From Promethearchaeota archaeon (GTDB lineage Archaea > Asgardarchaeota > Lokiarchaeia > Sigyniarchaeales > SOKP01): a DNA stretch of 38,668 nucleotides. Numbering within the stretch: position 1 is the stretch's first letter; each line of letters starts with the position of its first letter. Of this stretch, positions 21,932 to 31,232 are shown one piece after another. The DNA lies in contig JAEOTS010000092.1 in the NCBI GenBank assembly GCA_016839745.1, positions 1 through 38,668 on the forward strand, given 5' to 3'. Made by a program: the position numbers and the translations under genes. The notes beneath the pieces are model-generated. The model did not search any database. It was not told the DNA's origin and was given only the letters and a program-made list of their open reading frames with translations.

Positions 21932-22867
21932 ATGGCAGAATTAATTGGATATATTTTAACGCTAGATGCCTTATTCACATGGGGAATCGCTTCGTTAGTG
22001 TATAAATTTAGTTTGGGTAAAATTGAATCAAAACCAAGTCTACTTTTTCGATTAATCTTTGTATCTTGTTCCACATTTCTTCTTTCTCTGTTGTTTGGTT
22101 CTTTTTCTTCTATATTTTTGTTGGATACCCAATATTTAAGTGAATATCTGGTAGCGTGCTTGATTTCCGGATTATCAGTTACAATCGGAGATTTGTTATA
22201 TTTCATCTCATTAGAAAAAATTGATGTATCGCGAGCATTTCCCCTAACTCAATTGAGTTTAATATTTGTTTATCCTTTTGCTTTTATCTTGTTCGGAGAG
22301 GAATTAAAACTTTCTGTGCTTTTAGGAGGTTTTTTGATTTTACTTAGCGTGTTTTTCTTAAGCTCTAAGGATAAACCGAGTAATCACAAAGAACATTCTG
22401 AACAATCAAAAAAGGAAGGAGAAAATCTAGTTTTAGGAGTTTTATTTGCTGTTGGGGCAGCATTTCTTTGGGGGCTTTCCATAGTAGCGTTTAACCAAGC
22501 GAGGATCGTTTCGAACGATGTTTTTACCACGAATTTCATCAGGGTTTTTTTTGGAGCTATACTATTCTTAATCATTGGTATTTTTCAAAAAGATTTTTAC
22601 GCTAGTTTCACTAAGGCTAATAGAAATAACATCAAATATTTCATATTTGTAGGTATAGCTGGAGCTTTATCCTTAGGATTAGCAGATACTTTATTTTATA
22701 AAGCAGCAGAAATAAATGGTTTAGTTTTAACATCGACATTTACTGCTAATACCCCAATGGTTCAACAAATATTGTCTATATTGATTTTAAAAGAAAAATT
22801 CCGCAAAAGATTTATTGTTGCGGTCGGATTAATAATTGTTGGAAATTACATCATATTATTTTTATAA
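21932..22867 (+). CDS. DMT/EamA family transporter
   Basis: Two 5-TM repeats; 'IDVSRAFPL', 'FGEEL', 'LKEK'. Confidence 0.9.
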   Translation: MAELIGYILTLDALFTWGIASLVYKFSLGKIESKPSLLFRLIFVSCSTFLLSLLFGSFSSIFLLDTQYLSEYLVACLISGLSVTIGDLLYFISLEKIDVSRAFPLTQLSLIFVYPFAFILFGEELKLSVLLGGFLILLSVFFLSSKDKPSNHKEHSEQSKKEGENLVLGVLFAVGAAFLWGLSIVAFNQARIVSNDVFTTNFIRVFFGAILFLIIGIFQKDFYASFTKANRNNIKYFIFVGIAGALSLGLADTLFYKAAEINGLVLTSTFTANTPMVQQILSILILKEKFRKRFIVAVGLIIVGNYIILFL

Positions 22868-22894
22868 GCATTATTAATCTTTGTAAGAAGTATT

Positions 22895-23929
22895 ATGATT
22901 AGAGTCGAAATATACTTACTAACAAATAATTTTGTTATACCTTTTCAAAATATTCGAGAAAATCATTTTTTGGATTTTATTGAATTAAACAAATTATTTG
23001 CTACAAAATCGCTAGCTGAACATGGTTTAGGATTTTTAATTAATGTTTACAGTGTTATAGATTTAGATAATCCTAATAACGATAAATTATTAAAAAAAAT
23101 AGTGTTTGACACCGGAGGTACAAACCTTACCTATTTACATAATCTAGATATTCGAGGATACCCCTTATACGATGTAGATTACATAGTATTGTCGCATTGG
23201 CATTATGATCACACGGGGGGATTAATTAAGATATTGGAACGAATGAATAAGAAAGTACCAATTATCTGTCATGAGAGTGCTAAGTTCGAGAGACTTTTTA
23301 AGCGGGTTAGAAACTTAAAGAATAAAGATTTAGTGGGGAAAAAAAGAACTGACCTTTTACCTCTGCTCTCATCCTTAAAAATTGTAAATCAAGAGCCAAT
23401 AAACATAGATCAAATTAAGAAATTAGGGGGTAAGATTCACTTTACAAAGGAAAATTATGAAATCCTTAATATCAAGGGAGTTAAAATAATAGTGAGCGGA
23501 GAAATTCCTAGAAATCACATTGAAGAAGATTTTAATAACTTCTTTTCGCTTCAAGAGGGAACAGTTAAAGTTGATAAAATTTTAGATGATAAGTGTCTGA
23601 TTTTAGAGTTTGAGGAAAATATAGTTTTGCTAAATGGATGCTGTCATTCAGGTTTAATGAATACATTAGATTATGTTAGAAGTTATTCAGATAAACCAAT
23701 AAGTCATATTATTGGGGGTTTTCATATGGCAAGCGCATCTGATAAAAGGATTAAAATTACGATAGAATACTTAGATTCGCTAGAAATATTCAATAATACT
23801 CTTTATCTCTTTCCTATTCATTGTAGCGGTGAAAAGTTCATTAAAATGGTTAATGCGATCAGTAAAAGTAGAATCAAGGCGTTTAATCCTAGCGTAGGTA
23901 CAACATTCTATTTCAAAAGAATTATTTAA
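22895..23929 (+). CDS. MBL-fold metallohydrolase (MJ0301 / pterin-synthase-like subfamily)
   Basis: 'EHGLG', 'FDTG', 'SHWHYDHTGG', 'GCCHSG', 'GGFH', 'HCSG'. Confidence 0.85.
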   Translation: MIRVEIYLLTNNFVIPFQNIRENHFLDFIELNKLFATKSLAEHGLGFLINVYSVIDLDNPNNDKLLKKIVFDTGGTNLTYLHNLDIRGYPLYDVDYIVLSHWHYDHTGGLIKILERMNKKVPIICHESAKFERLFKRVRNLKNKDLVGKKRTDLLPLLSSLKIVNQEPINIDQIKKLGGKIHFTKENYEILNIKGVKIIVSGEIPRNHIEEDFNNFFSLQEGTVKVDKILDDKCLILEFEENIVLLNGCCHSGLMNTLDYVRSYSDKPISHIIGGFHMASASDKRIKITIEYLDSLEIFNNTLYLFPIHCSGEKFIKMVNAISKSRIKAFNPSVGTTFYFKRII

Positions 23930-24029
23930 AATTTAGATTTTTTAAATTAATGTCATATTTTTAGCTCCTAATAAATTAAATAATAAAGAATATAAAGTTA
24001 TTTATCAATAAAATTATTGATGGTTACTT

Positions 24030-24668
24030 ATGAGTGTTCGGTCATTAATGAATAAACAAAAACTGCTTGTTGATGATATAATATCTGTACTTCTGTTAAT
24101 AATTATAATTTTTCTAGCCTTTTTTCTTAGATTATTAGCTATTATGTCAATTGGAGTATATTCTTTATTTTGTCTACAATTGTATGGATTATATAGATCA
24201 TTTAAAGGTATTTTTGGTAGAAGATTAAAATTTATTCATAGAGTTTTAAATTTATCACTTGGAATAGCATGTGTCATTATCCCAAGTTATCTTCTAATTT
24301 ATATGTTCATGAAACCTCATACAGGTCCAACCTATATTATTTATTTCTTAAGCATCCCCATTTTTCTTATAGGACTTGCTGGATTATTAAAGGGGTTAAT
24401 TGTTAAAGTATATTCTCCACTTTTTCGGTTTTTAAACGTACTAATCGGTGCAACCACTTTACCTTTTACGGTCATCGCCATTATTTTTGCGGAGACAAAT
24501 CATGTATTTCATCTTTTCACTCTATTGACTGCTTTAACGCTTAATGGGATATTAAGAGCGGCTTTATATTTGAGTGAATATGGATTATCACTCACAAGTT
24601 TTAAAAATTTAAAGCTTATTTGGTTCATCATGGATTCACCACCTTTACTCACACAAGAGGAGAATTAA
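24030..24668 (+). CDS. Hypothetical multi-pass membrane protein (HdeD/DUF308-like repeats possible)
   Basis: About 6 hydrophobic segments; internal repeat 'RVLNLSLG' / 'RFLNVLIG'. Confidence 0.55.
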   Translation: MSVRSLMNKQKLLVDDIISVLLLIIIIFLAFFLRLLAIMSIGVYSLFCLQLYGLYRSFKGIFGRRLKFIHRVLNLSLGIACVIIPSYLLIYMFMKPHTGPTYIIYFLSIPIFLIGLAGLLKGLIVKVYSPLFRFLNVLIGATTLPFTVIAIIFAETNHVFHLFTLLTALTLNGILRAALYLSEYGLSLTSFKNLKLIWFIMDSPPLLTQEEN

Positions 24669-24807
24669 ATTTAAACTATAAAGTAAAATCTCAAGAATTT
24701 TCCATCATAGACTTAAGGTTTTAGTATAAATAATATATCATAATCTTTTATTAATACATAATATATAAAATTTAAAAAATAGCTAATTTAAGGTATTTGG
24801 TTAAAAT

Positions 24808-25926
24808 ATGTCTGAAATTCACTTCAATAAAGAAAAAGGTTCTCAAATAAAATTATTTACTCCTGGACCTGTTTACATCCCAGAAAGAATTTTGGCTGAA
24901 ATGGCAAAACCAAACGATACACATAGATCAAAACCATACGCAGAAATGCATCAACTTGTAGAAGAAGGTATTAAGAAGCTTTTATACACTTCCAATACAA
25001 TTCTTATCTCTACATCGAGTGCGACGGGCTTAATGGAAGCGTGTGTAAGGAACTTAGTGAAAAATGATGAGAAAGCTCTATTTTTCTCGATTGGAGCGTT
25101 TGGAGATCGTTGGTACAAAATTGGAGTTAGCAACGGGAAAATATCAGTAAAAGAAAGTGTAGAGTGGGGTAAAGCGATAACTCCAGGAGTCGCGCAAGAA
25201 GCATTAAATAAAGATAAATACGCTGTAGTTTTCATTCAAGCAAACGAAACTTCTACTGGAGTTTATAACCCAATTAACGAGATTATTCCTGTTATTAAAG
25301 ATTCTGGTGCTTTGGTATGCGTTGATGCAACTTCATCTATGGCTGGTATTAAGGTTGAAGTTGATAAATTAGGAATTGATGTATGTTTAGCTTCAGTTCA
25401 AAAAGCTTTTACTATACCACCAGGATTAGCTGTGTGTTCGATATCCTCTGCAGCAATTGAAAAAGTCCCTCAAGTTAAAAACAGAGGGTTTTACTTCGAC
25501 TTTCTTGATTTAGTGAAACGAAACGAAAAGCATCAAACACCAACAACACCTCCTATCCCTCAAATTAGAGCATTAGCGGCCCAATTAGATTATATCTTAA
25601 ACTACGAAGGATTAGAAAAAAGATTTGAAAGACACATCCAATTAGGAAAGCGCACAAGAATGTGGGCAAGGGATGTTAATTTTGAAATGTTTCCAGAAAA
25701 AGGATATGAATCGGATACTGTTTCTACAATGAAAAATTCCTTAAACATTGATATTGCGAAAATGGTATCAACGCTGTTAACTAAGGGATATCGCATTGTA
25801 AATGGATATGGAGACTTGAAAAATAAAACATTCCGTATTGGTCATATGGGTGAAATTACATTAAAACAGCTTGAAGAAATGCTAAAAGTTCTAACTGATA
25901 TCGTATCTGATTTAAGATTGAGCTAG
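24808..25926 (+). CDS. Class V PLP aminotransferase (serine-pyruvate / archaeal phosphoserine aminotransferase-like)
   Basis: 'LFTPGP', 'NETSTG', 'VDATSS', PLP-Lys 'SVQKAF..PPGL', 'FRIGHMG'. Confidence 0.9.
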   Translation: MSEIHFNKEKGSQIKLFTPGPVYIPERILAEMAKPNDTHRSKPYAEMHQLVEEGIKKLLYTSNTILISTSSATGLMEACVRNLVKNDEKALFFSIGAFGDRWYKIGVSNGKISVKESVEWGKAITPGVAQEALNKDKYAVVFIQANETSTGVYNPINEIIPVIKDSGALVCVDATSSMAGIKVEVDKLGIDVCLASVQKAFTIPPGLAVCSISSAAIEKVPQVKNRGFYFDFLDLVKRNEKHQTPTTPPIPQIRALAAQLDYILNYEGLEKRFERHIQLGKRTRMWARDVNFEMFPEKGYESDTVSTMKNSLNIDIAKMVSTLLTKGYRIVNGYGDLKNKTFRIGHMGEITLKQLEEMLKVLTDIVSDLRLS

Positions 25927-26089
25927 TAAAATTAATAATTTTAACCTATTCTTTTTTTATTCTTATTTTCTGTAATTTTTTTAATTGAACAGTTGGTTAG
26001 CATCATTAAGGATATCTATTTAATTAAACAAAAGTTCTTAAAACATAATCATATTAAAAATAATAGTAATCTGATTTAAAGCATAAATA

Positions 26090-27031
26090 GTGATTCATAT
26101 GAAAATTTTAATTAGCGATAAATTGCAAGAAGAAGGAATAAAAATTTTTAAGGATAATGGGTTTGAGGTTGTTACGAACTTCGAGATAACTAATGAGCAG
26201 CTTAAGAATGAAATTGGAAATTATGATGGGATTGTCATACGTTCTCGAACCAAGTTAACGGCAGATATATTAGAACACGCTAAAAACCTTAAAGCTATTG
26301 GTAGGGCTGGAGTAGGATTAGATAATGTGGATAGGGAAAAAGCAACCGAATTAAATATTGAGGTTTTAAACACACCACAAGCACCGTCCGTTTCGGTTGC
26401 AGAATTAGCTTTAGGTTTAATGTTTACGTTAGCTAGGCATATTTCGAATGCAGATCGAACTATGCATAATGGAGAATGGAACAAAAAGCAATATCTCGGT
26501 TATACCCTGAAAGGGAAGAAATTAGGATTAATAGGATTTGGGAACATAGCAAAACAACTCGCAAAAAAAGCAGTAGCTTTAGAAATGGAAGTCGGAGTCT
26601 ATTCAAGATTCAGTAGAGGCCCTGAAGCTGTAGAAGAAGCTAAAAATATTGGATGTAAGATTTATTCTTCTATTGATGATCTGCTCAAGGATGCACAAAT
26701 TGTATCTTTACATCTCCCTGCAACACCTCAAACAGAGAATACAATTAATACAGCAACTTTAAAACTGATGAAAAAGGATTCAATTTTAATTAATACTGCT
26801 AGAGGGAAGCTCGTTGAGGAAAAAGCTTTAATAAATGCCTTGTTAAATAAAGAAATCGGTGGAGCCGCCTTAGATGTTTTTAGAAAGGAACCTTTAAAAG
26901 ACACGGAGTTGATTAAGTGCGAAGGGAACTTAATTCTTACACCTCATATTGGAGCTCAGACATTAGAAACTCAAGTCTACGCAGCTACAAAAATCGCTGA
27001 AAAAATGTCAAATTTCTTAAAAAATCTATAA
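26090..27031 (+). CDS. serA: D-3-phosphoglycerate dehydrogenase-like 2-hydroxyacid dehydrogenase (short form, no ACT domain)
   Basis: 'RSRTK', 'RAGVGLDNVD', 'SVAE', 'GFGNIA', 'NTARG', 'DVF..EP', 'TPHIGAQT'; likely start ATG at 26099. Confidence 0.85.
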   Translation: MIHMKILISDKLQEEGIKIFKDNGFEVVTNFEITNEQLKNEIGNYDGIVIRSRTKLTADILEHAKNLKAIGRAGVGLDNVDREKATELNIEVLNTPQAPSVSVAELALGLMFTLARHISNADRTMHNGEWNKKQYLGYTLKGKKLGLIGFGNIAKQLAKKAVALEMEVGVYSRFSRGPEAVEEAKNIGCKIYSSIDDLLKDAQIVSLHLPATPQTENTINTATLKLMKKDSILINTARGKLVEEKALINALLNKEIGGAALDVFRKEPLKDTELIKCEGNLILTPHIGAQTLETQVYAATKIAEKMSNFLKNL

Positions 27032-27081
27032 AATTCGTTTTTTTATTTAATTTTTCTTCTCTTTTTAGACTCATTAACGGT

Positions 27082-29157
27082 TTAAATTTTAGATATTTTA
27101 ACAGTCACCGAGAAGTACGCTCCTGAAAGCTCTGATTCCTCGGGTTTTTCTGGAGTGAAAAAATTAACATTCTCATATTCCGCGTTTACAAAAGGTAATC
27201 CTGAAAAAATTAAAGCGGTTCCTGGTTTTAAAGTATTGTTTTGATCTAAAATAAATTTTGCTTCACTGTATTTGTTAGAAACTAATACTTCCTCGTTTGG
27301 TTTTAGTTTGATTAATTCAATATCATAGGGATTTAAAAAGATCTTACCGAAAACATTTTCGAATTCTTTATGAATTTCACCCATTTGGGAGTGAATGAAA
27401 TATTTATGAGCCGGTGAGAGTAAATAAAACTCGTTTTGTCTTCGGTGTAAGAGAAAATCTAAATTAGGGTCAAACAATTCTAAATCAGAACTTTGAATTT
27501 GAATTTTTCCATTGAATGTAGGAAAATTTAAATCTTCATAGAGTACATCATTAATTCTGAACGGGATATAGTATCCGTTGAGTTTTAAACTTTGTTGAAC
27601 CTCTGTAGGGAGCAGTTCAATGCACTTTTCAAAAATCTCTTCTTGAGTTTCTTGAAAAAGTTTGTTATCCTCCCATCCATATTTTTTTGCTAATAGTTGA
27701 AAGAACTCGAAATTTGATAAACAATCCGAATATGGACACGGACCACCTTGATTTATCGATATTCCAGGAGTAAAATAAGGCGTTATAAAATCATTACTCT
27801 CAAGATCAAATTTTGCGGGGATAACGATATCTGCAAACTTTGTTGTCTCGTTTAAAAACATGTCCAATACTACTAAATAAAGATCCTCTCGAGATAAAGA
27901 TTTTCTTAAGATGGTCTGATTTGGGAGAGAGCTCGCAGCATTAAGATTATATACAAATAACATCTTAAATTTATTCGAGTTTAAAGAAGATCCAAGAGTT
28001 ACTAGTGGAATGTTGTTAGATGGAGGGTATAAGTGTGGAAGGGTGATATAATTCATAAGTGAATATGTAAATTCTTTACTAAAGCCACTTTGAGAGAATA
28101 TAAATCCTGTTCCTGGTTTTCCGAAATTACCAAGGAGGACTTGGATTAAAGCAATTGTAATCAGATTTTTTCCACCGTAAAAATACTTCTGAGGTCCAAA
28201 TCCTACAATGAACAGAGTTTTATGTTGATATTTAAAAAGTAATTTTATAAAAGCATCTAAACTTTCGCAAGTTAAGCCTGTATGGTGAATAATTTTATTT
28301 TCATCGATTTTTTCTACCCCCGTAAAAATTTTTTTATAATTGTCAACATGTTGTACAAGGAAATCTCTATCGTATTTTTCAGCTGCTAAGATTTTATTCA
28401 TAACATACTTTGCAATCAGATAATCTGAACCAGGAAAAGGTTGTAGATGTAAAGTCGCATTTTCTGCTAATTTAGTTTTAACAGGATTCACTTCTACGAC
28501 AAACGAGCCATTTTTTATTGCTTTTTTAACTAAGAAATAAGCGTGATTATTTCGCTCCGATAAATTACTACCCCAAATGACGATTAATTTATTATTGGGA
28601 TTATTAATTTGGAAAGGATTTGTAGTGGAATAATTACCAAATATCTGACTTAACGCGTGATTTCCAGCTTCGTTACATATACCGCCGGTCGTAATTGTGG
28701 CTCCAAGTTTGCCGAAGAATCTAATTGGAGAAAACTGTGATATTAGCCCACTATTTCCCGCATAGAAAGCAGCTACAATCGAGGAGGGTTCAAACTTTTC
28801 TTCGACAGTTGTTAGTTTTTCTGAAATAAGATTTAACGCAGAGTCAAGACTAATTGTCTTAAAGGAGTTTGAACCTTTAGGACCCGAACGTACTAAAGCT
28901 GATTTCAATCGATCAGGATGGTAAAGTAATTCTTCCCTATGATTAAATTTTGGGCAAAAAAATCCGTTTGTTAAAGGGTGATTTTTTAAGGGTTTAGCGC
29001 TTAAGAGTTTCTTCTCAGGAGCCTGATCGTTCCATTCTCCCATAAATACACATGAACCGTAGCAATCTTTGGAGCATGTTCCATATCTTTTTACATTTTC
29101 TATGTATTTTTTCAATCTTTTAAGCTCCAATTTTAAATATAAATTGTTAATCTTCAC
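27082..29157 (-). CDS. Molybdopterin-dependent oxidoreductase (DMSO reductase superfamily) with N-terminal 4Fe-4S motif
   Basis: 'CSKDCYGSC...FCPK', 'ICNEAG' putative Mo ligand, 'WGSN', 'ETTKFADIVIPA'; likely start TTG at 29115 behind GGAG. Confidence 0.88.
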   Translation of the reverse strand: MKINNLYLKLELKRLKKYIENVKRYGTCSKDCYGSCVFMGEWNDQAPEKKLLSAKPLKNHPLTNGFFCPKFNHREELLYHPDRLKSALVRSGPKGSNSFKTISLDSALNLISEKLTTVEEKFEPSSIVAAFYAGNSGLISQFSPIRFFGKLGATITTGGICNEAGNHALSQIFGNYSTTNPFQINNPNNKLIVIWGSNLSERNNHAYFLVKKAIKNGSFVVEVNPVKTKLAENATLHLQPFPGSDYLIAKYVMNKILAAEKYDRDFLVQHVDNYKKIFTGVEKIDENKIIHHTGLTCESLDAFIKLLFKYQHKTLFIVGFGPQKYFYGGKNLITIALIQVLLGNFGKPGTGFIFSQSGFSKEFTYSLMNYITLPHLYPPSNNIPLVTLGSSLNSNKFKMLFVYNLNAASSLPNQTILRKSLSREDLYLVVLDMFLNETTKFADIVIPAKFDLESNDFITPYFTPGISINQGGPCPYSDCLSNFEFFQLLAKKYGWEDNKLFQETQEEIFEKCIELLPTEVQQSLKLNGYYIPFRINDVLYEDLNFPTFNGKIQIQSSDLELFDPNLDFLLHRRQNEFYLLSPAHKYFIHSQMGEIHKEFENVFGKIFLNPYDIELIKLKPNEEVLVSNKYSEAKFILDQNNTLKPGTALIFSGLPFVNAEYENVNFFTPEKPEESELSGAYFSVTVKISKI

Positions 29158-30349
29158 TTAAATCGTGAAGAACTAAACCCGATAAAAGCTTAGGATCAAA
29201 CCATGTCGATTTTGGTGGCATCACGCCTCCGGAATCAGCTATTGACTCCAAGTCCTTTATATCGACAGGATAAAGGTTGAAAAATGCATCATTACCTTTA
29301 TCAGTCGTGTACTTTTCCATATCATTTGGATCTTGTAATCCCCCAACAAAGAAGATGTTATCATCAGCACGAATGTTGATAATCCTTAATATTGGCCCCA
29401 AAACTTGATCTTGGAGAATAGTCACATCCAAGCTGTCCCGTCTTGACTCAAAAGTTTTCTCTTTAGTTTCTAACTTATACCATTTTCCTCTTATGCAGAG
29501 CGCAGTTTGATTTTTTCTATTTGGATTAAAAGCAGTTTTAACCTTTTCAATGTAATAAATTTCCTCCAACTTTTCCAAAAAATCTTCCTTACCATCTTTT
29601 AAACTTTTAATAACCCGGTTATAAGGTAGAATTCGAATCTGGTCGTCTGAGGCAACATAAGATAATAAAAATTGCCAAGGAGAATTAGAATTTTCACTTC
29701 CGTTATTTTCTTCCATCCTAATTTTACGATACTCTGCCGCACTTGCTGCTCGGTGGTGCCCATCAGCTATATAGACTTTTTTATCTTTAAAGAGAACAGA
29801 TAATCTGGTAATAATATTAAGTTCTGTTTCCTGCCAAAGTATGTGGCGATAACCGTATTTATTAAAGTCAAATTTAGGTTTGTTTTGTTTAATCTGCTCG
29901 ATTACTTCATTAATCTCAACATCATGGCGAAAAACTGACCATACGAGCCCCGCTGCTACTTTAGAAGTTGTAATATGCTTAGTCCGATCTTCAAGTGGTT
30001 TAACTCGAGTATACTCGTGTTTAACAATGTTATTTTCTTCATAATCTTGAAGTGCGATTCCCATAATTAACCCTTCCTGACTAAAATGAGGTGATTCTTG
30101 ACGATAAACAAATATACTTGGTTTTTCTTCTCGACTAATAAGATTTGAAGCTTTAAAATTTGTGTAAGCGGTTAATGCATTATTGTAAACCTCCTCTCCT
30201 TCACCATCTGGCAAGATGAGATGAATTAACGAATTCAAGTTTTGTTTTAATTCTTTTTCTTCTCCTTTTCCTATAACATCATATGGATTTGTAGTGAAAT
30301 CACTTGGATTATTAGGGCAATAAGGACGGAGAGCTGATATTATAACCAT
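29147..30349 (-). CDS. DUF1015 family protein (ParB/Srx-like GHHR motif)
   Basis: 'PYDVI', 'KHEYT', 'YIADGHHR', 'ILPYNR', 'MPPKSTWFDPKLLSGL'. Confidence 0.9.
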   Translation of the reverse strand: MVIISALRPYCPNNPSDFTTNPYDVIGKGEEKELKQNLNSLIHLILPDGEGEEVYNNALTAYTNFKASNLISREEKPSIFVYRQESPHFSQEGLIMGIALQDYEENNIVKHEYTRVKPLEDRTKHITTSKVAAGLVWSVFRHDVEINEVIEQIKQNKPKFDFNKYGYRHILWQETELNIITRLSVLFKDKKVYIADGHHRAASAAEYRKIRMEENNGSENSNSPWQFLLSYVASDDQIRILPYNRVIKSLKDGKEDFLEKLEEIYYIEKVKTAFNPNRKNQTALCIRGKWYKLETKEKTFESRRDSLDVTILQDQVLGPILRIINIRADDNIFFVGGLQDPNDMEKYTTDKGNDAFFNLYPVDIKDLESIADSGGVMPPKSTWFDPKLLSGLVLHDLSED

Positions 30350-30454
30350 AATATGATTTAGAAGTAATTAACTTTTAAATTAGTTTCTATTCCCTTAGAA
30401 CGCTAAGAATTACAATACTCAAGTAAAATTAGGGATAATAAATTAGAAACAAAA

Positions 30455-30946
30455 TCAATCTGATATTACATTGCCTTCAATTTCTAATAAGCTTCTTTTT
30501 AGTTGGATTTGCCACTCTTTATTCATTTTTCCCATAAACCCGCCAATTTTTCCATCTTTTTTTATAACGCGATGGCAAGGGATTATCAAAGGTAGTGGAT
30601 TGTTTTTAAGAACTCCTCCTACAGCCCTATACGCTTTTGAATTGATTTTTTCAGCTAATTCTGAGTAAGTAGTAAGTTCACCGGGTTTAATATTGATGAG
30701 AGCGTGCAAAACTTTTTCTGAAAAATCTGATTTAAATTTATTTTTGAGATCGAGTAAAACATCCGTATCTTTCAGTTTCTTTAAGAGTTCTGTTTTTCCA
30801 TTTGATAAGTATTCGTTAATCAAGTTTTGTAATTGGATGAGAATAGATTGCTCCTTATCTTTTTTATTTTTAGCTACTATAAGATTAAATTCATTAATAT
30901 ACTTTAAAATATCCGACTCAGCTTCAAAAAAGGTGATCTCTCTCAA
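30455..30946 (-). CDS. ogt: Methylated-DNA-protein-cysteine methyltransferase (frame continues upstream to an in-frame TAG at 31042-31040 and an ATG at 31072)
   Basis: 'GELTTYSELA', 'RAVG', 'NPLPLIIPCHRV', 'LLEIEG'. Confidence 0.9.
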   Translation of the reverse strand: MREITFFEAESDILKYINEFNLIVAKNKKDKEQSILIQLQNLINEYLSNGKTELLKKLKDTDVLLDLKNKFKSDFSEKVLHALINIKPGELTTYSELAEKINSKAYRAVGGVLKNNPLPLIIPCHRVIKKDGKIGGFMGKMNKEWQIQLKRSLLEIEGNVISD

Positions 30947-31232
30947 CTTTATTTTTTGTTCGCTCTCTTGATATTCGTATAATACAAAAATAAACGGATC
31001 AATAATCTTGGGTTTAAAATAAAAAACAGCTATTATCTCCTACCTCTGTTTCTTTATATTTTGCATTTTCATAATTAGGTACGATATATTTATCAATTCG
31101 ATAAGTATATAAATTGAATCTATTATCTCAATAATAATAAGAAGTGGTTTGAATAGATATAGAATAAAAATATCTTTCAATTATAAACCATGGTTATCAA
31201 TATATCTAATTAAAGAATCGAGCAAATAACCT

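Noticed and set aside
22895-23929. Beta-lactamase resistance gene
   Set aside because: Motifs (EHG, GCxHxG, GGFH, HCS/TG) match the housekeeping MJ0301-like MBL subfamily; no signal peptide
27082-29157. Selenocysteine-containing formate dehydrogenase
   Set aside because: No in-frame TGA, the ligand position reads Cys (ICNEAG), and the FDH-type C/U-H motif is absent
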